From: an uncultured Prevotellaceae bacterium
Lineage (GTDB): Bacteria > Bacteroidota > Bacteroidia > Bacteroidales > Bacteroidaceae
Assembly: GCA_902792855.1 (NCBI GenBank)
Contig: CADBBP010000001.1
Coordinates: forward strand, 24,784-88,783
DNA: 64,000 bases
Reading direction: 5' to 3'
The notes beneath the pieces were generated by a model that was not told the DNA's origin, searched no databases, and saw only the letters and a program-made list of their open reading frames with translations. Shown piece by piece: positions 7,268-16,466 of the stretch. A program made the position numbers and the translations under genes. The stretch's first letter is position 1. Each line of letters opens with the position of its first letter.

Positions 7268-8671
7268 CTATTCGTCTTGTTGGAAGAGCGGGTCGTCGGG
7301 CATGACCATTTCCGGTTTTTGTTTCTCAGCCTTCAGGATGTTCTCCGGGACATATTTCTTGTCCACCACGAGGCGGAACATGTACTCCCTGAACCAAGGG
7401 TCGGTCATAACGAGGCATCCTGCCTTCCCTGAGGAAGCACCCCAACTGTTCTCCACCTTCCATTTCTTCGCCTTCCCCTGCTCGTCGAGGTCCACAGCGG
7501 TGAGAGTCATGGCATGCGTCGAACCACTGTCGAAAGTGGTGATGCGCTGTGCCTTGTCCATTGGGAAGTCGGTGCCGAAAAGCGAAGCATAGTCATAAAT
7601 GTCGATGTCAAGGAAGCCGTTTTTCCTGTCAAACTGCTTCCCCACGTCGTATGAGGAATACAGTTTGGTGCCGTCCTTGATGGATGCGATGGCGAGTTGC
7701 TCGATGTCGTCCATGGGCAGGTTGATGTATTTCCAGTTGTGTCCGTCGTAGGTGTGCCTGTCCCATTCCACCTCGTATGTCTTGTAATATTCCCTCCTGG
7801 GGTCGTTCATGGCCATGATGAACGTGCCGTTGAGAGGCTCTCCCACCGTCTCCTTGTAAAACTCAAGGGGAGTGTAGGTTTTCACCGGTGTCACCGCCTT
7901 GCCCTTCTTGTTGAGGAAAGCGTACGAGAACTGCTTCACCGGCTCGCCGAGGGTGATTTTGAGGATATGATAGATGGTGGCGAGCATCTGTGTCTTTCGC
8001 TCCTTGATGTCCTTGGCACTCTTTTTGTCGGCCACCATCTGCCTTAACTCCAAGCCATACTCCCTCAGTTTGGAGTCGATGATGCGAGACATCCTGCTGG
8101 TGTTGTCGGCAGAGTAAGTCTCCGGTTGCACGGACATGGGCACAAGGCCATATTTTTCGGCCAAGTCGGCCACGCCGCAGAAGGTGCCGCCGTCGCTGAT
8201 GGGCGATTTGAAAAGCATTCTCACAAACTTGTCATCCATGGGTTTGTCGGCCATGTCGATGACACCTTGCAACATGAGGTTGGCCTTCTCCAGTTGGTCG
8301 TAGAAGAAGAGGTAGTCTTGTGAGAACTCCACGTTGATGCTGTCGTTGTGTCGCTTTGCGAAATTGGCCCTCAGCACGTTGAGGCCGCTGAACATCCAAC
8401 ATCTTCCACTGCTTTTCTGGTTGTGTATGGACTGGCTCTTCGTCTCGTGGCTGAAATAGGTGTCTTCAGGGCCGTGATTGGCGAAGTTTTTTGCCAGGTC
8501 GTCGATGGCGTTGGCTGCGATGGCGTTGAATAGAGCCTTGTCGGATGGTCCTCCATCCTGCATTTTTTCTATCCGTGAGAGCATGTCGGCCGAAATGCCT
8601 CCTTGGCTCTTCTGCGCCACTGTAGTGGTGGCAAGACATACCAATGCGATGAACAATAATGCTTTTTTCAT
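7268..8671 (-). CDS. pepC: aminopeptidase C / bleomycin-hydrolase-like cysteine peptidase (C1B) with a signal peptide
   Basis: The active-site region is QKSSGRCWMFSGLNVLR, and the length is typical of C1B. I prefer the start at MKKALLFIALVCLATTTVAQ (8671) because the -7 box at 8707-8714 overlaps the longer ORF. Confidence 0.75.
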   Translation of the reverse strand: MKKALLFIALVCLATTTVAQKSQGGISADMLSRIEKMQDGGPSDKALFNAIAANAIDDLAKNFANHGPEDTYFSHETKSQSIHNQKSSGRCWMFSGLNVLRANFAKRHNDSINVEFSQDYLFFYDQLEKANLMLQGVIDMADKPMDDKFVRMLFKSPISDGGTFCGVADLAEKYGLVPMSVQPETYSADNTSRMSRIIDSKLREYGLELRQMVADKKSAKDIKERKTQMLATIYHILKITLGEPVKQFSYAFLNKKGKAVTPVKTYTPLEFYKETVGEPLNGTFIMAMNDPRREYYKTYEVEWDRHTYDGHNWKYINLPMDDIEQLAIASIKDGTKLYSSYDVGKQFDRKNGFLDIDIYDYASLFGTDFPMDKAQRITTFDSGSTHAMTLTAVDLDEQGKAKKWKVENSWGASSGKAGCLVMTDPWFREYMFRLVVDKKYVPENILKAEKQKPEMVMPDDPLFQQDE

Positions 8672-8706
8672 GATGAATGTATCTATATTTACGTGAGACA
8701 ATGGTG

Positions 8707-8714
8707 CAAAGATA
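8707..8714 (-). promoter_or_regulatory. Bacteroidota -7 promoter box (TATCTTTG)
   Basis: Exact TAnnTTTG match on the minus strand, 36 nt upstream of the ATG at 8671. Confidence 0.4.
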
Positions 8715-8849
8715 GCATAAAAGAATTGTAAAACAAAAAAGATGATGGCAATTGTTTGAGAATGGTTGATTTTTTAGGAAAGTTTAGTTGATTTTTTTGG
8801 AAAGAGCAATTTATTTGTTAAAAACAAACGAAGTATGAATAAAAATCAT

Positions 8850-8857
8850 TAATTTTG
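8850..8857 (+). promoter_or_regulatory. Bacteroidota -7 promoter box (TAATTTTG)
   Basis: Exact TAnnTTTG match 60 nt upstream of the dxs ATG at 8917. Confidence 0.4.
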
Positions 8858-8916
8858 CAGATTACAAGGATAATTTTCCGCAAGGTTTCCCCCTGTTTGC
8901 GGCAGATTAGGTTACG

Positions 8917-10827
8917 ATGGAAAAGTTAACATACAACATACTCAACAAGATAGAGAGCCCTTCCGACCTTCGGAAATTAAAGGTGGAGCAGTTGCCTCAA
9001 CTCTGCGAGGAGTTGCGCGACGACATCATCCACGAGCTTTCCGTGAACCCCGGCCACTTGGCGTCGAGCCTTGGCGTGGTGGAGCTCACCGTTGCCCTGC
9101 ACTATGTCTTCAACACACCCGAGGACCGCATCGTGTGGGATGTGGGCCATCAAGCCTACGGTCACAAGATTTTGACCGGTCGCCGCGATTCTTTCCACAC
9201 CAACCGCAAGCTCCACGGCATTCGCCCCTTCCCCTCACCGATGGAGAGCGAATACGACACCTTCACTTGCGGCCACGCCTCCAACTCCATCTCCGCTGCC
9301 CTCGGCATGGCCGTGGCAGCGAAGGCCACGGGCAGCAAGCGCAAGGTAGTGGCAGTGATAGGCGATGGAGCCATGAGCGGAGGACTTGCCTTCGAGGGTC
9401 TCAACAATGCCTCTTCCACCCCCAACGACATGCTCATCATCCTGAACGACAACAATATGAGCATCGACCGCTCCGTGGGTGGCATGAAACAATACTTGCT
9501 CACACTGAACACTACGGAGACCTACAACAACGTGCGCTACCGTATCGCCGAATGGCTTCGCAACAAGGGCATGCTCAGCGACCAGCGCCGCCATGGCCTC
9601 ATCCGCCTGACCAACGCCGTGAAGTCGGCCATCAGCCATCAGCAGAACGTCTTCGAGGGTATGAACATCCGCTATTTCGGACCTTTCGACGGCCACGACG
9701 TTGTGGAAGTGGTGAGACTTCTTCGGCAGTTGAAAAAGATGAATGGGCCCAAGTTGCTTCACCTGCACACCATCAAAGGCAAAGGCTACAAACCGGCGGA
9801 AAAGAACGCCCAAGCATGGCACGCCCCGGGGAAGTTTGACGTGGAAACCGGCGAGCGCCTGGTGGGCGACAGCACCGGACAGCCACCAAAATTCCAGGAT
9901 GTCTTCGGACACACCCTCCTCGAACTCGCCCAAGCCAACAAGCGCATCGTCGGCGTGACACCTGCCATGCCCTCCGGCTGCTCCATGAACATCATGATGA
10001 AGGCAATGCCCAAGCGCACCTTCGACGTGGGCATCGCCGAGGGGCATGCCGTAACCTTCTCCGCCGGGATGGCCAAGGACGGCCTTCTGCCTTTCTGCAA
10101 CATCTACAGCGCCTTCGCCCAACGTGCCTACGACAACATCATCCACGACGCAGCCATCCTCGGGCTACCTCTCGTGTTGTGCCTCGACCGTGCCGGTTTG
10201 GTGGGTGAGGACGGCCCCACCCACCATGGAGCGTTCGACATCGCCTCGCTGCGCGCCATCCCGGGCGTGACCATCTCCTCCCCCATGGACGAGCACGAAC
10301 TCCGGCATCTGATGTTCACCGCCCAGACACCCGGGAAAGGCGTGTTTGTCATACGCTATCCCCGTGGTCGCGGCGTCTGCTCCGACTGGTGCTGCCCCAT
10401 GGAAGAGATTCCTGTGGGAACAGGCCGCACACTTCGCGAAGGCAGCGACATTGCCGTGCTGAGCTTTGGCCCCATTGGCAACAACGTCGCCCAAGCCATC
10501 GACGCCCTCGCCGCCGAGGGTTCCACCCTCTCTGTTGCCCATTACGACATGCGCTTCGCCAAACCTCTCGACGAGAGGTTGTTGGAAGAGGTGTGCTCGC
10601 GTTTCACCCGCATTGTCACCGTTGAGGACGGCTGCATCGCCGGAGGCTTCGGCAGTGCTGTTGCCGAATGGCTCTTCGACCACGGCCATTCCCCCCTCCT
10701 TCGCCGCCTTGGCCTACCCGACACGTTTGTGGAGCATGGCAAGGTTGGCGAACTCCAACACCTTGTTGGCATCGACAGTTTCACCATCAAACAAACCATC
10801 CTTGATTTATGCGAATCATCATCGTAG
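8917..10827 (+). CDS. dxs: 1-deoxy-D-xylulose-5-phosphate synthase
   Basis: 636 aa. It has [17 protein letters not shown], the [19 protein letters not shown]-binding motif and a transketolase-like C-terminal half. Confidence 0.92.
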   Translation: MEKLTYNILNKIESPSDLRKLKVEQLPQLCEELRDDIIHELSVNPGHLASSLGVVELTVALHYVFNTPEDRIVWDVGHQAYGHKILTGRRDSFHTNRKLHGIRPFPSPMESEYDTFTCGHASNSISAALGMAVAAKATGSKRKVVAVIGDGAMSGGLAFEGLNNASSTPNDMLIILNDNNMSIDRSVGGMKQYLLTLNTTETYNNVRYRIAEWLRNKGMLSDQRRHGLIRLTNAVKSAISHQQNVFEGMNIRYFGPFDGHDVVEVVRLLRQLKKMNGPKLLHLHTIKGKGYKPAEKNAQAWHAPGKFDVETGERLVGDSTGQPPKFQDVFGHTLLELAQANKRIVGVTPAMPSGCSMNIMMKAMPKRTFDVGIAEGHAVTFSAGMAKDGLLPFCNIYSAFAQRAYDNIIHDAAILGLPLVLCLDRAGLVGEDGPTHHGAFDIASLRAIPGVTISSPMDEHELRHLMFTAQTPGKGVFVIRYPRGRGVCSDWCCPMEEIPVGTGRTLREGSDIAVLSFGPIGNNVAQAIDALAAEGSTLSVAHYDMRFAKPLDERLLEEVCSRFTRIVTVEDGCIAGGFGSAVAEWLFDHGHSPLLRRLGLPDTFVEHGKVGELQHLVGIDSFTIKQTILDLCESSS

Positions 10828-12155
10828 GCGCCTCGGCCATTGGTTCCCACCTTGCCCGCCTGCTCTCACGCAGCAACCATGACATCGTATTGATGGACGA
10901 GAGCGAAGACAAGCTGGACGCCATCAGCAGCGAATACGACCTGATGACGCTCACCGGCTCTCCCACGGAAATAAAGGCCCTGCGCAGTGCCGACACCGAC
11001 TTGGCCGACATCTTCATCGCCGTGACCCCCGACGAGAACGCCAACATGACCAGTTGTGCGATGGCACACGTGATGGGTGCCAAGAAGACAGTCGCACAGG
11101 TGACCAACTATGAATTGGTGGATGCCGACAACACCGCTCTCATCCGCCAAATGGGCATCGACAACATCATCCATCCGGAGAAATTGGCTGCCGACACCAT
11201 CGTCAAGAGTCTCAAACTCAGTTGGGTGCGACAGCGGTGGGATGTCCATGGCGGCTCCTTGGTGATGCTTGGCATCAAACTGCGTGAGTCGTGTGAAATC
11301 CTCAACCAACCCCTCCGACTGCTCTGCGGTCCACAAGACCCCTACCACATCGTGGCCATCAAGCGCGGCAACGAGACGGTCATTCCAGGTGGTAACGACG
11401 AACTCCGCCTCTACGACATCGTGTATTTCATGACCACCACGCCCTATATTGCCTACATCCGCAAAATTGTGGGCAAGGAGCATTATGCCGACGTGAAAAA
11501 CCTCATCATCATGGGCGGCGGCAAGACCGCCATCCGTGCGGCGAAACAGATGCCGACCTTCATCAATACCAAACTCATTGAGATTGACGAGCGACGGTGC
11601 GAACGACTCAACGAGGAGTTGGACGACACGAAGGTGATGGTCATCCACGGCGACGGCCGCGACATCAACCTGCTGAAGGAGGAGAACATCAAGAACACCC
11701 AAGGCTTCGTGGCCCTCACCGGCAACGACGAAATCAACATCCTGGCTTGCCTGAATGCCAAGAAACTTGGTGTGCGCAAGACCATTGCGATGATTGACAA
11801 CTCCAACTACCTCAGCATGGCGGAGAGCCTCGACATCGGCACGGTGATCAACAAGAAAGTGCTTGCCGCCGGCAACATCTACCAAATGATGCTCAGCGCC
11901 GACGTTCAAAACATCGGGTACCTTCCCTCCGTGCGTGCCGACGTGGCGGAATTTACCGCCCAGCCCGGTTCCAAGGTGACCCAGAAAAAAGTGTATGAAC
12001 TTGGGTTGCCCCGTGGCTGCACCATCGGCGGCCTGGTGCGCGGCAAGGAAGGCTTGCTCGTTTCGGGCGGCACACAGATAGAGGCTGGCGACAACGTGGT
12101 TGTGATTTGCTACGACCTCGACTTGAAGAAGATAGAAAAGTTTTTTTCCAAATAA
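10809..12155 (+). CDS. trkA: Trk potassium uptake system, NAD-binding subunit TrkA
   Basis: It has two RCK/Rossmann modules, [16 protein letters not shown] and [14 protein letters not shown]. It overlaps dxs by 19 nt. Confidence 0.85.
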   Translation: MRIIIVGASAIGSHLARLLSRSNHDIVLMDESEDKLDAISSEYDLMTLTGSPTEIKALRSADTDLADIFIAVTPDENANMTSCAMAHVMGAKKTVAQVTNYELVDADNTALIRQMGIDNIIHPEKLAADTIVKSLKLSWVRQRWDVHGGSLVMLGIKLRESCEILNQPLRLLCGPQDPYHIVAIKRGNETVIPGGNDELRLYDIVYFMTTTPYIAYIRKIVGKEHYADVKNLIIMGGGKTAIRAAKQMPTFINTKLIEIDERRCERLNEELDDTKVMVIHGDGRDINLLKEENIKNTQGFVALTGNDEINILACLNAKKLGVRKTIAMIDNSNYLSMAESLDIGTVINKKVLAAGNIYQMMLSADVQNIGYLPSVRADVAEFTAQPGSKVTQKKVYELGLPRGCTIGGLVRGKEGLLVSGGTQIEAGDNVVVICYDLDLKKIEKFFSK

Positions 12156-13696
12156 TGTTCAACAAGAAGCTCATCTCCAAGGTGATAGGCTCCCTTCTGG
12201 TGTTGGAGGCCTCCTTCATGCTGCTGTGCGTGGTTACCGCACTTTTTTACGGCAGCAACGACGTGTTGCCTTTCGCCGTCTCTTTTCTCATCACACTTGG
12301 AGCGGGGATGGGTCTGATGCGCCTCGGCCATGAGGCCCCCACCACGATGGCTCGACGCGACGCGTACATCGTCGTCACCTTCACATGGGTCACCTTCAGC
12401 ATCTTCGGCTCCCTGCCCTACCTCTTTGGCGGCTTTTTCGGCTCCTTCGAATTCTTTGACATCGAAGCCCAAATAGCCATCACCACCGATGCCTTCTTCG
12501 AGACGATGTCGGGCTTCACCACCACGGGAGCCTCGATGCTCAACGATGTGGAAGCGCAGTTGGAGTCCCACCACGCGATGCTTGCCTGGCGGTCGCTGTC
12601 GCAATGGATTGGCGGCCTGGGTATCGTCTTCTTCACCATCGCCATCCTACCCTCGATGGTGGGCAACTCGATGAAGGTGTTCTCCGCAGAGGCCACGGGA
12701 CCCATCCGCTCGAAGATGCACCCCCGCCTGAGTGCCACCGCGATGCGCATCTGGTGGGTCTATATCCTGCTCACCATCGGCTGCGGAGTGTGCTACGCCC
12801 TTGCAGGGATGGACGGCTTCAGTGCCGTGAACTACGCCATGACGACGACGGCCACGGGCGGTTTCTCCATCCACAATGACAGCATTGCCCATTTCCATTC
12901 CCCCACCATCGAGTACATCGCCATCGTGTTCCAATTCCTCTCCGGCATCAACTTCTCCATGCTCTTCATGGTGATGGCCAAGCGCAAACTGACCAGCTGG
13001 CGGGAGTTCAAGCGCAGCGAGAAGAGCAAATGGAGCGAGTTCTTGGGCAACGAGGAGACGCGCTTCTACATCATCGCCGTGACGGCATGCACCATCGTGA
13101 TAGCCCTCATCCTGATATTTTCCAATGGTTATGCCCTGGAAACAGCGTTCCGCAAGTCGCTCTTCCAGGTGGTGTCGCTCATGACCACCACCGGCATCTT
13201 CTGCGACAACGTGGGTGCATGGCCTCACATCACATGGATGCTGCTCTACATCCTCATGTTCGTGGGAGCATGCTCTGGCTCCACCACTGGAGGTTTCAAG
13301 AGTTCCCGTGCATTGATGGTACTGAAGGTGATTCGCAACGAGTTCGTGCGCATGATGCATCCCCGCGCCGTGCTTCCGGTGAAGCTCAACGGCAAGGCGA
13401 TGCCCTCGCAGATGGTCAACAGCCTCCTTGCCTCTTTCTCCGTATATATCCTGGTATGCCTGGGCACGATGGCGCTGATGATGGCCATCGACATCAACGT
13501 GACCAACTCCGCCATCATCTCCATCAGTTGCCTGAGCAACGTAGGCCTCCCCCTCAACGAACTTGGCCCCGACATGACTTGGAGCAGCCTGCCCATCTGG
13601 ACAAAATGGGTTTGCACCATCCTCATGCTCCTCGGCCGTCTCGAAATATTCAATGTCCTCATCCTCTTCACCCCACCCTTCTGGGAAGACAACTAA
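12155..13696 (+). CDS. trkH: Trk potassium uptake system, membrane subunit TrkH
   Basis: A polytopic membrane protein with repeated selectivity-filter-like motifs (TTTGAS, TATGGFS, TTTGIF, STTGGFK). The ATG at 12155 shares one base with the trkA stop (TAATG). Confidence 0.85.
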   Translation: MFNKKLISKVIGSLLVLEASFMLLCVVTALFYGSNDVLPFAVSFLITLGAGMGLMRLGHEAPTTMARRDAYIVVTFTWVTFSIFGSLPYLFGGFFGSFEFFDIEAQIAITTDAFFETMSGFTTTGASMLNDVEAQLESHHAMLAWRSLSQWIGGLGIVFFTIAILPSMVGNSMKVFSAEATGPIRSKMHPRLSATAMRIWWVYILLTIGCGVCYALAGMDGFSAVNYAMTTTATGGFSIHNDSIAHFHSPTIEYIAIVFQFLSGINFSMLFMVMAKRKLTSWREFKRSEKSKWSEFLGNEETRFYIIAVTACTIVIALILIFSNGYALETAFRKSLFQVVSLMTTTGIFCDNVGAWPHITWMLLYILMFVGACSGSTTGGFKSSRALMVLKVIRNEFVRMMHPRAVLPVKLNGKAMPSQMVNSLLASFSVYILVCLGTMALMMAIDINVTNSAIISISCLSNVGLPLNELGPDMTWSSLPIWTKWVCTILMLLGRLEIFNVLILFTPPFWEDN

Positions 13697-13777
13697 GGCC
13701 CCAAAGTCCCTAAAGACCTTAAAATCCCTAAAGACCTTAAGGACCTTAAAGACCTTAAAGACCCTAAAGCCCCTATA
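13697..13777. repeat. tandem array of 9 units with a 9-bp period (consensus GACCTTAAA)
   Basis: The units are ggccccaaa gtccctaaa gaccttaaa atccctaaa gaccttaag gaccttaaa gaccttaaa gaccctaaa gcccctata. The array begins at the nucleotide after the trkH stop codon. It has the same unit and orientation as 1717..1788. Confidence 0.9.
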
Positions 13778-13792
13778 AGTATCACGATATCA

Positions 13793-14749
13793 ATGTTTAA
13801 ATTCAAGCCAATTTTTAAAAGCACCCTGTGGGGCGGTGAGAAAATCGCCGCCTTCAAACATTTGGACATTGCCCAGCACCAAGTAGGCGAAAGTTGGGAA
13901 ATCTCCGGCATACCCGGCAAGGAGACCGTGGTATGCGAGGGTGAACATACTGGCAAGTCACTCAACGAATTGGTCGCCCTCCTTGGCCCCCGTCTTTTAG
14001 GAGCCGACAACTATCGTCGCTTCGGCAACGAGTTTCCATTGCTCGTCAAGTTCATCGACGCCCACGACGACCTCTCCATCCAAGTTCACCCCGATAATGC
14101 AACGGCCCAACGCCACGGAAAGGGACGGGGCAAGAACGAGATGTGGTATGTCTTGGACTCCGATGCCGACGCATATCTTTACAACGGACTACGCCATGCC
14201 ATCACCCCGGAGGAATACAAGTCGATGGTAGCCGGCCATACCATCTGTGAAGCACTCACCCGCTACCCGGTGAGAGAGGGCGACGTGTTTTTCATCCCCT
14301 CCGGACGCATCCACTCCATCGGCAAAGGTTGTCTCGTGACCGAAATCCAGGAGACGAGCGACGTCACCTATCGCATCTACGATTTCAACCGCCGCGACCA
14401 GCAAGGCCACTTGCGCGAGTTGCACACCCACGAGGCTTCCGAGAGCATCGACTACCGCGTCCTTCCCGACTACCGCACTCATTACACGCCGATGAAGAAC
14501 ATGGGGGTGGAATTGGTGCGATGCCCCTATTTCACCACCAGTTTGTACGATTTGGACGAGCCCATGACCATCGACTATGACGACCTCGACAGCTTCGTCA
14601 TCCTCATCGGAGTCAAGGGAGGCGGTACGTTGACCGACGACACTGGCCACCTCACGACCCTCCGCGCCGGAGAAAGCATCCTCCTTCCCGCCACCACAAA
14701 AGCCATTCAGGTGGAAGGAGAAGTAAGTTTTTTGGAAACTTACGTGTGA
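13793..14749 (+). CDS. manA: mannose-6-phosphate isomerase, class I
   Basis: FKPIFKSTLWGGEKI and GESWEISG at the N-terminus, QVHPD, and a cupin fold of about 320 aa. Confidence 0.75.
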   Translation: MFKFKPIFKSTLWGGEKIAAFKHLDIAQHQVGESWEISGIPGKETVVCEGEHTGKSLNELVALLGPRLLGADNYRRFGNEFPLLVKFIDAHDDLSIQVHPDNATAQRHGKGRGKNEMWYVLDSDADAYLYNGLRHAITPEEYKSMVAGHTICEALTRYPVREGDVFFIPSGRIHSIGKGCLVTEIQETSDVTYRIYDFNRRDQQGHLRELHTHEASESIDYRVLPDYRTHYTPMKNMGVELVRCPYFTTSLYDLDEPMTIDYDDLDSFVILIGVKGGGTLTDDTGHLTTLRAGESILLPATTKAIQVEGEVSFLETYV

Positions 14750-14798
14750 AATTGCTACTTTTTTCAGCTTTTTTATTGCAAATTTAGAAGATTTTGTC

Positions 14799-14806
14799 TA
14801 ATTTTG
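14799..14806 (+). promoter_or_regulatory. Bacteroidota -7 promoter box (TAATTTTG)
   Basis: Exact TAnnTTTG match 47 nt upstream of the ATG at 14853. Confidence 0.4.
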
Positions 14807-14852
14807 CCCAATTATTGGTAGAAGGCATCCATCAACTACAAAAAAGAACGAT

Positions 14853-16448
14853 ATGAGAAAACCTATACTCCGAACAATAATCACACTGGTTGCCACACTC
14901 ATCCCGATGCTCCTCTGCGCCCAGGAGGCGGGAGGCTACAGCGTGGGCACCACGCCCACCAAGCGCGGTGCGCTGTTGGAGGAATTCACCGGCATCCACT
15001 GCGGCTTCTGCCCCCAGGGGCACGCCATCGCGAAGAAAATGATGCGCAACCACCCCAACGTGTACTCCATAGCCATCCACTCCGGGCACTATGCCGCCAA
15101 CCACCCCGACGAGCCCGACTTCCGCATCACCGAGGGAGAGGCCCTGGATGCCTTCTTCCACCCCAGCGGCTACCCCAGCGGCATGGTGTCGCGCTCACTC
15201 GTGTTGTCGGATGACGACAGTCCCGTGACAGAGCGGAGCCTGTGGCCCTACCAGGCAAAAGCCATCATTGAACAAGATGCCAGCGTCAACCTCCTCGCCA
15301 CATCGAAATACGACGGCTCCACCGGCAAGCTCTCCATCCATGTGGAAGGCTATTTCACCGCCGAGGAGCAACTCCTTGACCAAGAGCTGATGGTGGTGTG
15401 GACGCAGGGAAACATCTTAGGCCCACAAAGCGGCGCCAACCAAGGCGACGACTATTCCCATCAGCACATGCTCCGCCAGTATGTCACCCCGTTGTGGGGC
15501 GACACCTTGCAGTCTCCCAAGCAAGGGCAGTATTTCACACGCGACTACGAAGTGGTGGTGCCTGCCGACATCAAGAAGGTGGAGGTGGTGCCTGCCGACA
15601 TCCAAGTGCTGGCTTTCGTGTGCAACGGAAAGGGCGAAGTGCTCAACGTCACTTCCTCCAAGCCCGAATACGTCAACTACAGCCTCGTCAGCGGTGCGTT
15701 GGAAGCCCCGCAACTGCCCATCGGCAACCGCTATGCCTTCAATTTCTTCGAAGCATTCCTGAAGAACAACGGCACCGCCCCCATCACCACCGCCACATTT
15801 GACATCACCATCAACGAAGACAAGAAGAGTGTGGAGTGGAGCGGCAACATCGCCCCAGGCAAGGGTGCCGACATCGAGCTGCCCCTCGCCGGCCTTGCCA
15901 TCGACAGGAAAGACGAAAACGAGTATCTCATTGAACTGAAAACCCTCAACGGGCAAAGCGTGAAGTCGAGCAAGCTCAAGGGCGATTTCATCTATGCGCA
16001 GCCATGCACACCCGACTTGGACATCATCATCACGACCAACGACAAGGCCGACGATGCTTTCTACCGCCTCCGCGATGCCGACGGTGCCATCATCAAGGAA
16101 TTCGGCCCCTACCCCGTGGGGGAAATCAGCGAGGACAAGCAACAACTCAACCTTGAGCCCGACCGCGCCTATTGCTTTGAGGTGTGGTGCCCCTGGGGAA
16201 TGGACCTGACCTACCCCAACAGCACCTACGTGATACACAACTCCGACGGGTCCCTGTTGGCACAGGTGCTGAAAATCACCGACTATGGCTCACGCACCTT
16301 CTTCTTCACCTCCAAACCCTCCGGCGTGACAGAACTGCCTGCCGTGGGCAACACACCCGGCACCCTCTTCGACCTCTCCGGCCGACGTGTGACACATCCC
16401 ACACCAGGCCTCTACATCCAAGACGGAAAGAAAATCATCATTCAATAA
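14853..16448 (+). CDS. Omp28-related/thioredoxin-like surface protein with a T9SS C-terminal sorting domain
   Basis: It has a signal peptide, EEFTGIHCGFCPQGH (CxxC in an Omp28-like context) and the C-terminal tail LFDLSGRRVTHPTPGLYIQDGKKIIIQ. Confidence 0.6.
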   Translation: MRKPILRTIITLVATLIPMLLCAQEAGGYSVGTTPTKRGALLEEFTGIHCGFCPQGHAIAKKMMRNHPNVYSIAIHSGHYAANHPDEPDFRITEGEALDAFFHPSGYPSGMVSRSLVLSDDDSPVTERSLWPYQAKAIIEQDASVNLLATSKYDGSTGKLSIHVEGYFTAEEQLLDQELMVVWTQGNILGPQSGANQGDDYSHQHMLRQYVTPLWGDTLQSPKQGQYFTRDYEVVVPADIKKVEVVPADIQVLAFVCNGKGEVLNVTSSKPEYVNYSLVSGALEAPQLPIGNRYAFNFFEAFLKNNGTAPITTATFDITINEDKKSVEWSGNIAPGKGADIELPLAGLAIDRKDENEYLIELKTLNGQSVKSSKLKGDFIYAQPCTPDLDIIITTNDKADDAFYRLRDADGAIIKEFGPYPVGEISEDKQQLNLEPDRAYCFEVWCPWGMDLTYPNSTYVIHNSDGSLLAQVLKITDYGSRTFFFTSKPSGVTELPAVGNTPGTLFDLSGRRVTHPTPGLYIQDGKKIIIQ

Positions 16449-16466
16449 ACATCAACACACTTGATT

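Noticed and set aside
9235-11909. Long minus-strand ORFs opposite dxs and trkA (9235..10146, 10165..10689, 10866..11909), with analogous ones opposite hppA (33504..34433), pepP (48994..49851) and the Omp28-like gene (15417..16238).
   Set aside because: These are antisense artefacts of codon bias. The sense genes are identified unambiguously.
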